Shown: positions 10,347-19,854, counted from the stretch's first letter. The stretch is DNA of 64,000 bases from an uncultured Gammaproteobacteria bacterium (GCA_964385285.1 CAYLOJ010000004.1:7736-71735); one strand, 5' to 3'. Notes: generated by a model not told the origin, from the sequence alone. Numbers and translations are program-made.

Positions 10347-11660
10347 TTATGGAATTTGAATTGTAGATTTACGCTCTGCACCAACGGACACAAGACTAAT
10401 TGGAGTTTCCACTTGGTCTTCAATGAATTTCATATATTCTTTCATGCGACTCGGTAATGCCTTGTAACCATTGTTCACAATAGTGACAAAATCTGCATCC
10501 GTCAGATTTTTCCAACCCGATATCTCTTTGTAAACTGGCTTGCAGTGGCGACTGAGTTCTAGGTCGGCTGGTAATTCAGTAATATAGGAATTTTTGTACT
10601 TATATTTCACAGCCACCGGAATTTTTTTCAAACCACCAAGCACATCAATTTTCGTCATGGCCATACTTGTTAACCCATTGATGCGTGAAGAGTAGCGTAG
10701 TTGCACTAAATCTACCCAACCACAACGCCGTGGACGACCAGTAGTGGTGCCATATTCTTGACCACGTTCCCGCAGATAATCTCCCATTGGGCCTTTAGCC
10801 TCAGTAGGAACAGGGCCGGAACCAACACGTGATAAATATGCTTTGACCACACCAATAATCTCATCAATTTTGGTAGGACCAATACCCACACCTGGGCAAA
10901 CTGCTCCAGCGATGGTATTCGATGAGGTGGTATGTGGGTAGGCACCATGATCGTTATCTAACAAAGTACCTTGGGCACCTTCAAACAAAATACTTTTACC
11001 AGCTTTCAACGCCTGATTCACCTCTAGTGATACATCACCAATATAGGGCTTCATGCGTTGGCCATATTTGTAATAGGTGTTGAAGATCGCTTCCTTATTT
11101 AGGGTAATTTTTTGTCGATAGAGTTTCTGTAAAGTATTTTTCTTCAATTCATACAGCTGATCAAATTTCTCCTTGAAGATTTTCTTGTTCAATAAATCTA
11201 CGATGCGAATACCAAAACGTTCTGCCTTATCAGCATAGGCTGGTCCAATTCCGCGACGTGTGGTGCCGGCACCGAGCGTACCCTTGTACTCATCAATCAT
11301 CCCGTCCATTAAAATATGGAATGGAAAGATTACGTGAGCGCGTTCTGAGATTAATAAGTTCAGTTTTTGACCCTTAGTTTCAAAATTATCAAGCTCTGAT
11401 AATAATACCTCGGGATCGATGACCATGCCGTTCCCCATCACAATCCGCTTCTTTGGATACAAAACGCCAGAGGGCAAAAGATGCAATTTGTGTACAACAC
11501 CATCCACCACAACCGTATGACCTGCGTTATTTCCACCTTGAAAACGCACCACGTAATCCACTGTGGGTGCTAAGTAGTCGATAATTTTACCTTTACCCTC
11601 GTCACCCCATTGGGCGCCGACGATCATGATGGCTTTGGCTTTGGGAACGCGTTTGGACAT
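10347..11660 (-). CDS. purA: Adenylosuccinate synthetase
   Basis: GAQWGDEGKGK, GGNNAGHT, GTTRRGIGPAY, EGAQG and EYGTTTGRPRRCGW. Confidence 0.98.
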   Translation of the reverse strand: MSKRVPKAKAIMIVGAQWGDEGKGKIIDYLAPTVDYVVRFQGGNNAGHTVVVDGVVHKLHLLPSGVLYPKKRIVMGNGMVIDPEVLLSELDNFETKGQKLNLLISERAHVIFPFHILMDGMIDEYKGTLGAGTTRRGIGPAYADKAERFGIRIVDLLNKKIFKEKFDQLYELKKNTLQKLYRQKITLNKEAIFNTYYKYGQRMKPYIGDVSLEVNQALKAGKSILFEGAQGTLLDNDHGAYPHTTSSNTIAGAVCPGVGIGPTKIDEIIGVVKAYLSRVGSGPVPTEAKGPMGDYLRERGQEYGTTTGRPRRCGWVDLVQLRYSSRINGLTSMAMTKIDVLGGLKKIPVAVKYKYKNSYITELPADLELSRHCKPVYKEISGWKNLTDADFVTIVNNGYKALPSRMKEYMKFIEDQVETPISLVSVGAERKSTIQIP

Positions 11661-11698
11661 AATATTCTTAGAGACGCACAGCAATGCGCCTTTACAAG

Positions 11699-12550
11699 TT
11701 ATTCTTTAGATTTTTTAAGCGCACATTTGACCGTGTTTTCAATCAATTTAGCGACGGTCAAGCGGCCAACCCCACCTGGTGGGGGAGTGACTATACTACC
11801 CTGTTTAGATACAGAAGTAAAATCAATATCGCCATACATTTTGTTATCCACGAAAGAAACTCCTGCATCTACAACCACAGCTCCTCGCTTGATCATTTTA
11901 CCAGTCAGTACACCATGTACACCTACACCTGTAATCACGACATCAGCAGTTTTTGTGTAAGCCGATAGCTGCTTCGTGGAACGATTTAAAATGGAGACTG
12001 TTGCCTCTTCATGCATTAACATGTTGGCTAATGGGCGCCCCACTAAACTACCTGCTCCAATTAATACTACATTAGCTCCTTTTAAAGTGACTTGATGATA
12101 ACGCAAAATTTCAAGAATCGCACCTGGTGTTGGCGGTTCAATCCAATAACTGCCAGTCACTAATTTACCTAAATTGGTTTGAGTTAAACAATCCACATCG
12201 ATACTCGGTGCAATACTCTCTAAGACTTTACCTGTATTCACTTGCTTTGGTAGTGGTAATTGCACAATCAAACCGGTCAAACCGTGTTTGGGTTGTTGTA
12301 ACTGCTCTAACTCCGTAATGAGATCTTTGGTACTAATTCGGCTTGGTAGGTGCACCAACACAAAATCAACGCCACAGGCAGCGGCGGCCTCACCTTTCTT
12401 ACGCACATAGGTTTGCGAAGGCTTATGATTGCCTACCAGAACTACTCCTAGCTTTGGGGTAAATCCACCTTTGACTAAGGCTGGCACCTGTTTTTTGAGG
12501 CGCTTATAGATGCTACTGGCGATAGTGTGTCCGCTAACAATGGTGGTCAT
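11699..12550 (-). CDS. folD: Methylene-THF dehydrogenase/cyclohydrolase
   Basis: YVRKK, IVQLPLP, DVD, LVGRPL, GDIDF and PGGVG.LT. Confidence 0.95.
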   Translation of the reverse strand: MTTIVSGHTIASSIYKRLKKQVPALVKGGFTPKLGVVLVGNHKPSQTYVRKKGEAAAACGVDFVLVHLPSRISTKDLITELEQLQQPKHGLTGLIVQLPLPKQVNTGKVLESIAPSIDVDCLTQTNLGKLVTGSYWIEPPTPGAILEILRYHQVTLKGANVVLIGAGSLVGRPLANMLMHEEATVSILNRSTKQLSAYTKTADVVITGVGVHGVLTGKMIKRGAVVVDAGVSFVDNKMYGDIDFTSVSKQGSIVTPPPGGVGRLTVAKLIENTVKCALKKSKE

Positions 12551-12578
12551 AACTAGATATGATCGGTAATTTGGGCAT

Positions 12579-12602
12579 AAAAAAATCCCCGGTTTCGGGG
12601 AT
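12579..12602 (-). terminator. Intrinsic terminator-like hairpin in the folD/pur leader
   Basis: Minus strand ATCCCC-GAAACC-GGGGAT followed by a T run, ~30 nt upstream of the folD ATG. Confidence 0.7.
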
Positions 12603-12617
12603 GAATATCCTCATTTA

Positions 12618-12646
12618 TATATATCACGCTCCAGGAGCACCGTCAA
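12618..12646 (-). promoter_or_regulatory. Putative promoter of the pur operon
   Basis: TTGACG-N17-TATATA with an extended TG; the -10 is imperfect. Confidence 0.45.
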
Positions 12647-12745
12647 GCAGGCTCGTCAGGCTTAAATGGGGATTCAATGCTGGATAGCAATTCTTCAAAT
12701 TTGATAGGTATATTCCGTAAAAGTATATTTGTATAATTGTGCGGG

Positions 12746-14158
12746 TCAGCTTGTATGATTATGCTCATAAACCTGATTCTGCAAATAGAGGCAATTCCAT
12801 AAATTAAAACTTAAGAACTTACAAAACTCATTAATAAACATCTTGTCTTCGATCGTATAATTCTTGTGATTAATGCGGTCACTTAAGCAGAGCAAAGAGA
12901 TTAATTGATTATTATAGATGATGGGAAATATATTTTGGCAATGAAAATGATTTTTGACAGTTTGACTGACAAAGAAATTACTTTTCTGAAACTCCATGAA
13001 CCATCCTTCATCTTCTGCTATCTTGGAACGATTATGTGGGTAAACAGACTGAAAACTTCCGATATGTTTGTTATAGGTATAAATTGCTATGAATTCGACA
13101 GGCATTCTAGTCATGAAATGATCAACTGCTAAACGTACAAAAGCGTCTAGAGTGGGTATAGAATCAAGAATTTTCTGCTCATCAGCAGTAAGTTCATATA
13201 AATCAACTTGGGTTTGTGGAATGAAATAATGCACAACAATTTCTGCACATTTTTTAATAGGCCAAAATAAAATCAACATCACTGAGGAAAGTATTAATAA
13301 TATCAAGAAATAATTAGTAAATTGTGATACTAGAAGAAAATACAATATGATCACTATAATGATCTCTACCAGGAAACATAGGCAAATCAACAAGGCAAAT
13401 CTTCGAATATGATAGCGAATGCTGAAAATGCGATAACGTAATATAGCATAGGCAATAACGGCAGAAATAATACTTACACAAATTCCGCTTACAACTTGGG
13501 GTATGGATACAGCCAAAACTTCACTATGCGAATAACCTGCCCAAAATGTTTTTGCAATCAAAGGAATAACGACGTTTGCAGAAACAGCAATGAGGGTATT
13601 TAAACCGAAAGCAAATACTAATAGCTTGGCCTGCTCCTTTTTACGACCTATCGAGCGCATATACCCAAATGCCAACAGGATTATTAGAAGTGTTAATTGA
13701 AATAGTACTGCCGTGTACAATGGAATAGTGAAGCGAGCATTAGCTAGATAGAATAAGCTTGATTCTGAATCATAAATTTTTTCACCAACAATAAACTCTG
13801 GTATGTATGACATAACTACAAAAAAGGTCGTAATGATCAGTGTAATCCTTATGTGAAACGCTTTAAGATATTGCCTATCAAAAAAAATCCACAACAGCCA
13901 CAAAGTAGTAAACATGCCAGCAACCCCAAAGGCAAATGTTGATGCATTAAAGAAAAAATTAAATAGTGCGCCACGCTGTATAAAGAACGAAATGTACATG
14001 ACAATTTCCCATCCAATACTAAAAAACAGATTCACTAAATATATCTTTACTACTGGTGAGTGTAGATGGCGACTATTATTATAAAACCAAACCCCGACTG
14101 CTAGATCAAAGGCTACGCTGGCTAAAAATGTATATTGCATTAATGAGACCAATTCCAT
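12746..14158 (-). CDS. Polytopic membrane protein resembling a 7TM sensor input domain with a GAF-like C-terminus, no kinase domain
   Basis: About 9 hydrophobic segments, YAILRYRIF motif typical of HisKA_7TM-type sensors, soluble C-terminal region; AT-rich gene. Confidence 0.6.
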   Translation of the reverse strand: MELVSLMQYTFLASVAFDLAVGVWFYNNSRHLHSPVVKIYLVNLFFSIGWEIVMYISFFIQRGALFNFFFNASTFAFGVAGMFTTLWLLWIFFDRQYLKAFHIRITLIITTFFVVMSYIPEFIVGEKIYDSESSLFYLANARFTIPLYTAVLFQLTLLIILLAFGYMRSIGRKKEQAKLLVFAFGLNTLIAVSANVVIPLIAKTFWAGYSHSEVLAVSIPQVVSGICVSIISAVIAYAILRYRIFSIRYHIRRFALLICLCFLVEIIIVIILYFLLVSQFTNYFLILLILSSVMLILFWPIKKCAEIVVHYFIPQTQVDLYELTADEQKILDSIPTLDAFVRLAVDHFMTRMPVEFIAIYTYNKHIGSFQSVYPHNRSKIAEDEGWFMEFQKSNFFVSQTVKNHFHCQNIFPIIYNNQLISLLCLSDRINHKNYTIEDKMFINEFCKFLSFNLWNCLYLQNQVYEHNHTS

Positions 14159-14229
14159 CCTACTTCCTTACCATAATCTCAGTATCCCAGCAAGTAATTA
14201 CATATTCTGGCAAATTCTGATCTTGCCAA

Positions 14230-14261
14230 AATAAATAAGCCACTGTGGCGGCCTATTTATT
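14230..14261 (-). terminator. Hairpin closing the surface-protein operon
   Basis: AATAAATAAGCC...GGCCTATTTATT imperfect inverted repeat just past the stop at 14277. Confidence 0.45.
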
Positions 14262-14276
14262 GGACTTAAAACTAAG

Positions 14277-14510
14277 TTATTGCACTTCCACCTGAGTATC
14301 AACCGTTTTTTCGGTGATCTCTACCGTGGTCTCTGAAACAGCGTTGATGATTGTCTCATCTTGAACAATACCTTGGTAATCAGCACTATCTGATAGTGAT
14401 TGTATGGGTGACCCATCCATCAACATGATGATATTGACCAATAGCGCAACCGATAATCCCGCCACAACTACCGCGATCACAGTCAGGGTAGTCAGCGAAC
14501 GTTTAACCAT
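14277..14510 (-). CDS. Small single-TM protein
   Basis: MVKRSL, then a hydrophobic helix and an acidic tail; starts 4 nt after the stop of the upstream gene. Confidence 0.6.
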   Translation of the reverse strand: MVKRSLTTLTVIAVVVAGLSVALLVNIIMLMDGSPIQSLSDSADYQGIVQDETIINAVSETTVEITEKTVDTQVEVQ

Positions 14511-14514
14511 AAAA

Positions 14515-15480
14515 TTAGTGAGCAATTGTCGTTACAGTATTCGTACCAGTACAGACACCTTCTACACCGCTGGTTGGAATAGCAATATTCCAGAAGAGCG
14601 ATTTGGTTAGAGGTGCGCCATCATTGGTGCGATAACCAATGTTGATATCCGTATCAGCCGGTGTGCCTGATAACGCAACCGCAGAACCATCCGAGTAACC
14701 TACATCTGTTAGCACCCATTTTTGATTTGCTACCGGAATAGCCCCTGCCACAGTGCACCCCATCGGACCTGCTGACGATACTTCAACATCAGCCTCATCA
14801 TTACCATATTGCTGTAAATCCATCTGAACATTATTAGCATTGGTGGTTGTTTGCCCTAAGGACAAAGAGCCGTATGGGATTGTACCAGGGATGGATAAAG
14901 CCAACCGCGTTTCCACTTCTTTATGTAATGAGTTGTTGGTGGCATTGGCTGCATCATTATCTGTAACTTTGACACTGACTACCCAATCTTCAGCGGACGC
15001 GACCCCTCCTGTCGATGTCGAATCTGTGTAGAATTGCAAAGCAACTGGGCAGTTATAATCTACTTGATCACCCGTTGAACCGTTCACAGTAGTACAGGAG
15101 ACAGCATAACAACCGTTGTTATCCGGAGTACAGCCTGCAGTGAGTGATGAACGATATAACACTGCTGCTACTGAGGTAATATCTGTTCGGCCATTCAGAT
15201 CTTCAGCAGTTCCAGTAATCTTATACATAGCGGTGCCACCAGCAATGAGTGATAAGGTACCACCCGCTCCACCTGTATTATCACTTTGTGTATAATCTGC
15301 ACCGGTCGTCACAAACACATCCACAATGCTTGGAACAGCATTCGCAATTGTGGCTGAAGTACTCGAACTATCGGCCTGAGAATTTAAGATCACAATCGCA
15401 GCGACCATCGAAACGCCAATAACGACTAGCGCTGCTCCTAATATCCAATGTGTAAAACTAATTGATTTTTTTTCTGCCAT
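14515..15480 (-). CDS. Secreted Cys-containing beta-rich protein (putative filament/surface subunit A)
   Basis: Signal peptide ending SQA; Thr/Ser/Gly-rich beta composition; colinear paralog of the C-terminal part of 18538..19854. Confidence 0.8.
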   Translation of the reverse strand: MAEKKSISFTHWILGAALVVIGVSMVAAIVILNSQADSSSTSATIANAVPSIVDVFVTTGADYTQSDNTGGAGGTLSLIAGGTAMYKITGTAEDLNGRTDITSVAAVLYRSSLTAGCTPDNNGCYAVSCTTVNGSTGDQVDYNCPVALQFYTDSTSTGGVASAEDWVVSVKVTDNDAANATNNSLHKEVETRLALSIPGTIPYGSLSLGQTTTNANNVQMDLQQYGNDEADVEVSSAGPMGCTVAGAIPVANQKWVLTDVGYSDGSAVALSGTPADTDINIGYRTNDGAPLTKSLFWNIAIPTSGVEGVCTGTNTVTTIAH

Positions 15481-15487
15481 ATCTTTC

Positions 15488-16744
15488 TTAATTAGTAATT
15501 GTATTAGAAGATAATTTTCGTTTTTTACGTACAACCATCATCACGATTATGATGGCAATCACACTGACAATGACAATGGCGATGATCGAGATCATGAGCG
15601 GTGTTAAAAATGTATCCGGCTTAAGTACTGTAAATGTCGTTGAAACTGCTTCCGTTTTTTTATTCGCATATTCGACGGACAGTTCAATTCGGTAATTTCC
15701 GGCTTCCGCAAATTGAAAAAAGTGGGAAAAGGTGGTCGTCTCGCCAGCATCCACAACTAATTCTTCACCGCGCAGATAATCGACTAAAGAATCATCCTTA
15801 TAAATATCTGCCAACAAAATACCTGTAATACGTGTGTCACCGGTATTTTCAAATTCCACATCTACCTTGATATTCTCATTCAGCTGATACTCTGCTTTAT
15901 TAGCTTTGACACTGACTACCTGACCAGTCTGAGCCAAGGTATTAGCAGGAAATACATCAAACGGTTGTGAGGTTAATGTCGCGACGGCTTGATCTTTATA
16001 GATAAAGGTAGCCACAGCGATGTATGAACCCTGAGCTAATTCGACCGGAGCAATAAAGGATAATTGATCATTGGTACCAGGTTCAGAATATTCAAGCGTA
16101 TCACCTGCAATTTCTGCAACGAATGTTTTGGCAGAATCTTGTCGATCCGTAAACACTAATTTAATTTGATCAGGACGCCAAGAAACATTGCCATCATTAT
16201 TAATGGTATATTCCATTAATAACTGATCATCTTCTTCAATCGACGCCGCAGACAGATCGGTCACCTGATAGGAGACAATTTCCGAACCACCAATGCCAAA
16301 TTTTACGACCGCAGCTGCTCCCTCCACCACTCGAGAGACTGCAGATGTTTGAGCATCCGTGGCCTCTGTCTCTGCATTCACCGGCGTTTCTGTAAACACA
16401 AAAATCGCCTCATAGTCACCGTTGGCAGCCTGCGCGGAGTTGATTTTAAATGTATAACTATAGTGCGACTCCCCTGCTGGAATCACAAATCCCTCTGGCG
16501 CTTCAACGGCATTCTCATATGGAGTGCGAACGCTGACGGTATAGGCAACATCTTCATTTAGCTGGGATGCTTCTTTGGAGACATCAATCGTCTTAGTTTG
16601 GCTCGAACCACGTAATACGCTGTCGATCTGGACTAATGGAGGAGAGATTCCAATTGCTGCCGCAGAGTGTGCACTCAATACACTTGCACCTAATACAAGA
16701 CTGCAACAAAGCAGTAATGAACGTAAAATCTTTTGATGACTCAT
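15488..16744 (-). CDS. Membrane-anchored Ig-like protein (DUF916/DUF3324-like architecture)
   Basis: Signal peptide then GISP, about three Ig-like repeats (NNDGNV, FENTGD), C-terminal TM and basic tail. Confidence 0.75.
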   Translation of the reverse strand: MSHQKILRSLLLCCSLVLGASVLSAHSAAAIGISPPLVQIDSVLRGSSQTKTIDVSKEASQLNEDVAYTVSVRTPYENAVEAPEGFVIPAGESHYSYTFKINSAQAANGDYEAIFVFTETPVNAETEATDAQTSAVSRVVEGAAAVVKFGIGGSEIVSYQVTDLSAASIEEDDQLLMEYTINNDGNVSWRPDQIKLVFTDRQDSAKTFVAEIAGDTLEYSEPGTNDQLSFIAPVELAQGSYIAVATFIYKDQAVATLTSQPFDVFPANTLAQTGQVVSVKANKAEYQLNENIKVDVEFENTGDTRITGILLADIYKDDSLVDYLRGEELVVDAGETTTFSHFFQFAEAGNYRIELSVEYANKKTEAVSTTFTVLKPDTFLTPLMISIIAIVIVSVIAIIIVMMVVRKKRKLSSNTITN

Positions 16745-16810
16745 GAATGAAATTTTAGCGCAGTATAAACTTCAAAAAATTATACTATAAACAAGTGGAT
16801 TGGTCAACCA

Positions 16811-17152
16811 TTAATTGCGTAATAATGCAGTGATTATAAGGATCGCGATCACCACACTTAAGATGACAAACTTGAGCTTGAATTTATCTACTTTGCTGGA
16901 ATGCGTGCTGTAGGATACTTCGTAGGAACCATCCGGATTCCTGTGATAGAGTTTCTCAAAACTCTCCCCTTTATCATACAGCAACATCGCAGCCATCTGT
17001 TTTGGATTTTCAGTGATGATAAAACCATATATAATACTAGCAACCACAAAGCCAATCAAAAATCCCCAAAATAATTCATACTGAACCAGAGAAGTAAAAA
17101 ACAAATCAAGGCTTCTCTCTGAGGCTTGAATGGCAAATACTGCATTATCCAT
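16811..17152 (-). CDS. Small two-TM membrane protein
   Basis: Two hydrophobic helices; start placed at MDNAVF, 7 nt after TGaTATGAT. Confidence 0.65.
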   Translation of the reverse strand: MDNAVFAIQASERSLDLFFTSLVQYELFWGFLIGFVVASIIYGFIITENPKQMAAMLLYDKGESFEKLYHRNPDGSYEVSYSTHSSKVDKFKLKFVILSVVIAILIITALLRN

Positions 17153-17167
17153 AGCCAGAATCATATC

Positions 17168-17698
17168 ATGTTTCATAACCTTTACCTATATCTTAAACGC
17201 GTCCTCCAAATTGGTGCGGCCATCGCAATTGCTGTCATTGTGACACGCAATGTATTTATCGATGTTGGCAAGGTAAATGGTAAATCGATGGAGCATACAT
17301 ATCTGGATCAAACCCTATTTCTTGTGAATCGCATTGGTCTACTCGTGCATGAACCACGGCGCGGCGATGTGGTGCAATTTTTTGATCCACATCCACAAAC
17401 CAAAGAATTACTGATCAAGCGTGTCATTGGTTTGCCGGGTGAACGGGTAAAAATTTCACAAAATGTTGTCTCTATTCTTAGTGCAGACGGAACAGAAGTT
17501 CTACTAGACGAACCGTATTTAGATACTGATACGACTACACAGACTGCCTCACATGATACCGTTATTTTTCCAGTCATCCCTGAACACAGTTTCTTTTTGC
17601 TCGGTGATAATCGAGATGAGAGTGTAGATTCACGCTATTTTGGCGTAATCCATCGATCACTGATTACCGGCAGTCTAATTCCGCTGCCGCAACTGTAA
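17168..17698 (+). CDS. lepB: Signal peptidase I (S26, Ser-Lys type)
   Basis: N-terminal TM, GKSM (Ser), RRGDVV, LIKRVIGLPG (Lys) and GDNRDESVDSRYFG. Confidence 0.93.
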   Translation: MFHNLYLYLKRVLQIGAAIAIAVIVTRNVFIDVGKVNGKSMEHTYLDQTLFLVNRIGLLVHEPRRGDVVQFFDPHPQTKELLIKRVIGLPGERVKISQNVVSILSADGTEVLLDEPYLDTDTTTQTASHDTVIFPVIPEHSFFLLGDNRDESVDSRYFGVIHRSLITGSLIPLPQL

Positions 17699-18535
17699 AT
17701 ACGCGATAAACGCCACTAATAGAATACTTACCACACACAACAGGGTGATGACCCAGGTTTGATTATAAACCATCCATTCGGTTGTCTCCGTGTGACCATT
17801 GAGTTGAATCTCTGCTTGATACCAGGCGATTGTTTTGATCGTTGGCGTCGCTAGTGGAATGCTAAGTCTATTGGCGCCAGGTGCAATCACACTACTCGCA
17901 ACACTATCTGTGGTAGTAATCGTGCGACCATTACGTTTGATGATGACACGATACGGAAGATACTGTATGCCCGATGAATGTGACGAATCGATCTCCACAG
18001 TTTGCTCGACCGCAGCAGCATCAGACTGCACGTATGCAACTGGTAGATGTACCAGGTCGAGATCGGAATAATTGTCTCCCTGCACAGCAGTTTCGTTCGG
18101 AATAGTTAGGGCTGTGTCATGGGTGATCTGTACTGTACTGAGATGAGTAATACCAAATTGCACACTACTGCCTTGATCCGCCTGCACATCTTGTTCTTGT
18201 ACAAACTGTACTTGTATTGGGTATGTACCTACTGGGGAATCGATCGATGTATGGATAGTATAGGTAAACAGATACTCCTGCTCTACTGTAAACTCTGTCT
18301 GTTCAGCATCAATTGTGCAATGGCAATTTTCCGGCACATTAATATGCGTACTATATTGTACGGGTTCAATATTTGTTTGATTGAGCGTAACCGCTTGTGT
18401 AATAGAATCACCAGGTAATACATAGTGTTCAACAACGGAAGGCGCCAGACTCACAATGTCTGCAGCAACCGGTTGAACATTGAAGCAAACCAGCGCCACT
18501 CCTAACCCAACTGCGAGCTGTATTAACTTCTTCAT
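17675..18535 (-). CDS. Membrane-anchored Ig-like protein (paralog of 15488..16744)
   Basis: Signal peptide (VAA), SLAPS...PGDS, GTY.....F, C-terminal TM and basic tail. Confidence 0.7.
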   Translation of the reverse strand: MKKLIQLAVGLGVALVCFNVQPVAADIVSLAPSVVEHYVLPGDSITQAVTLNQTNIEPVQYSTHINVPENCHCTIDAEQTEFTVEQEYLFTYTIHTSIDSPVGTYPIQVQFVQEQDVQADQGSSVQFGITHLSTVQITHDTALTIPNETAVQGDNYSDLDLVHLPVAYVQSDAAAVEQTVEIDSSHSSGIQYLPYRVIIKRNGRTITTTDSVASSVIAPGANRLSIPLATPTIKTIAWYQAEIQLNGHTETTEWMVYNQTWVITLLCVVSILLVAFIAYLQLRQRN

Positions 18536-18537
18536 AC

Positions 18538-19854
18538 TTAGTCGAGTACGGCAATGTAATAAATGGTGTTGCTACAACTGCCTTCAATCCCAGAATTGGG
18601 TACACGCAATTTTAAATAGGTATCTTTAATGGCCGCAAAGACCTCGCTTGTTCTGGCTACTAATGCCAAATTTACATTCGTATCCGTGTTTGAGAGTGCT
18701 TGGTCCCCTACGCCATAGGTGAATCCATTCGTAAAGGATAGGTGAATATTACTGGTGGGTATGGTTCCACGTGTACAACTAATATCGCCACTGGCGGATT
18801 GAGTCGCATCAATATTACGATTACCCGTGTTCGTAAATGCGAGCGTCTGTTGAGGTGAATCAACGCCGAGCGTTAATGTGCCGTAATTCACAGAAGCACC
18901 GACATCTAAGGCTAACAAACTATTCATTTCAAACGCATCGCTAGAATTTGCAGTGGCCGTAGCATCATCAGTCACTTTGACAAAGTTAGTCCAATTCGTA
19001 GACGCACCTGGAGAACCGGCGTCCGTCGCATCGGCATAATATTGAATCGGAATGACTGCTTCATAATCAATCGTAGTATCAGCACCACCTGAACAATTAC
19101 TGAGTGTAAAGGCAACAGTATTGGTATCCAACTGATAACAATTATTATTATCGGCACTGCAACTTGTACCGCCCGCAACATCACTTTTATATGCCGTGAC
19201 TGCCCATTGCGTTTTTGCGTCAATCTGCGAACAGCCATCGGCATCGGTCGCTGTTCCTCTAATATATAAATTGGTAGTTGAACCATCCGTTAAATTGAAA
19301 GATCCTTGATCACTACCGCCACTCGTTGTCGTTGTGATTACAGAATCCACGGATGGTGTGGCATTCCCACTGCTGCTGGCCGTGGCGCAAATTTTATTCG
19401 TGTAGGCAGCGGCGTCTCCGATATGCGCATTTGTGGTGACCGCAGACATGGAAGCAATGGTTGTATCATACCCTGCACAATTGGTTGCTTGATAACCAAC
19501 TGAAACCGTACCGCTACTTACGGATAAGCAGGCATTATTTGCGTAATTCATTTGTGTTTTCTGCTCGACATGGGCATTCGTGACGTCCGACAATTTTGCA
19601 ATCGTATCATAGGTACCAGAACAAGATGTGCCTAATCCTGCTACACCAGAACAACAGACCAATTGACTGTAATTGGCTTGACTAGCTAATTCAGCATGCG
19701 CATTACTAGTACCTGCCATGCGCAATACTACTGTACCACTAGGGCAACTTGTACCTACTGTGCAAGATAACGTGCCGGCTAGTGCAACCGGTGCGATGCC
19801 GCAGACTGCAATAAGAACCATGCCAACAACAAGAGATCGGTATTTACCAGGCAT
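18538..19854 (-). CDS. Secreted Cys-rich protein: N-terminal triple NAH-repeat domain plus a subunit-A-like domain
   Basis: Start at MPGKYR, signal peptide ending ALA; SNAHAE/TNAHVE/TNAHIG repeats; C-terminal ~270 aa aligns by eye with 14515..15480. Confidence 0.8.
   Translation of the reverse strand: MPGKYRSLVVGMVLIAVCGIAPVALAGTLSCTVGTSCPSGTVVLRMAGTSNAHAELASQANYSQLVCCSGVAGLGTSCSGTYDTIAKLSDVTNAHVEQKTQMNYANNACLSVSSGTVSVGYQATNCAGYDTTIASMSAVTTNAHIGDAAAYTNKICATASSSGNATPSVDSVITTTTSGGSDQGSFNLTDGSTTNLYIRGTATDADGCSQIDAKTQWAVTAYKSDVAGGTSCSADNNNCYQLDTNTVAFTLSNCSGGADTTIDYEAVIPIQYYADATDAGSPGASTNWTNFVKVTDDATATANSSDAFEMNSLLALDVGASVNYGTLTLGVDSPQQTLAFTNTGNRNIDATQSASGDISCTRGTIPTSNIHLSFTNGFTYGVGDQALSNTDTNVNLALVARTSEVFAAIKDTYLKLRVPNSGIEGSCSNTIYYIAVLD

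Noticed and set aside
12590-12680. Hammerhead-like CUGACGAG...GAAAC and possible known riboswitch in the pur leader
   Set aside because: Stem II cannot form, and I see no purine, ZTP, PRPP, THF or PyrR consensus; kept only as an attenuator candidate.
17168-17698. Signal peptidase as SipW/ER-type (TasA-dedicated)
   Set aside because: It has the Ser-Lys (IKRV) dyad of LepB type, not Ser-His; dedication to the cluster is only inferred from position.
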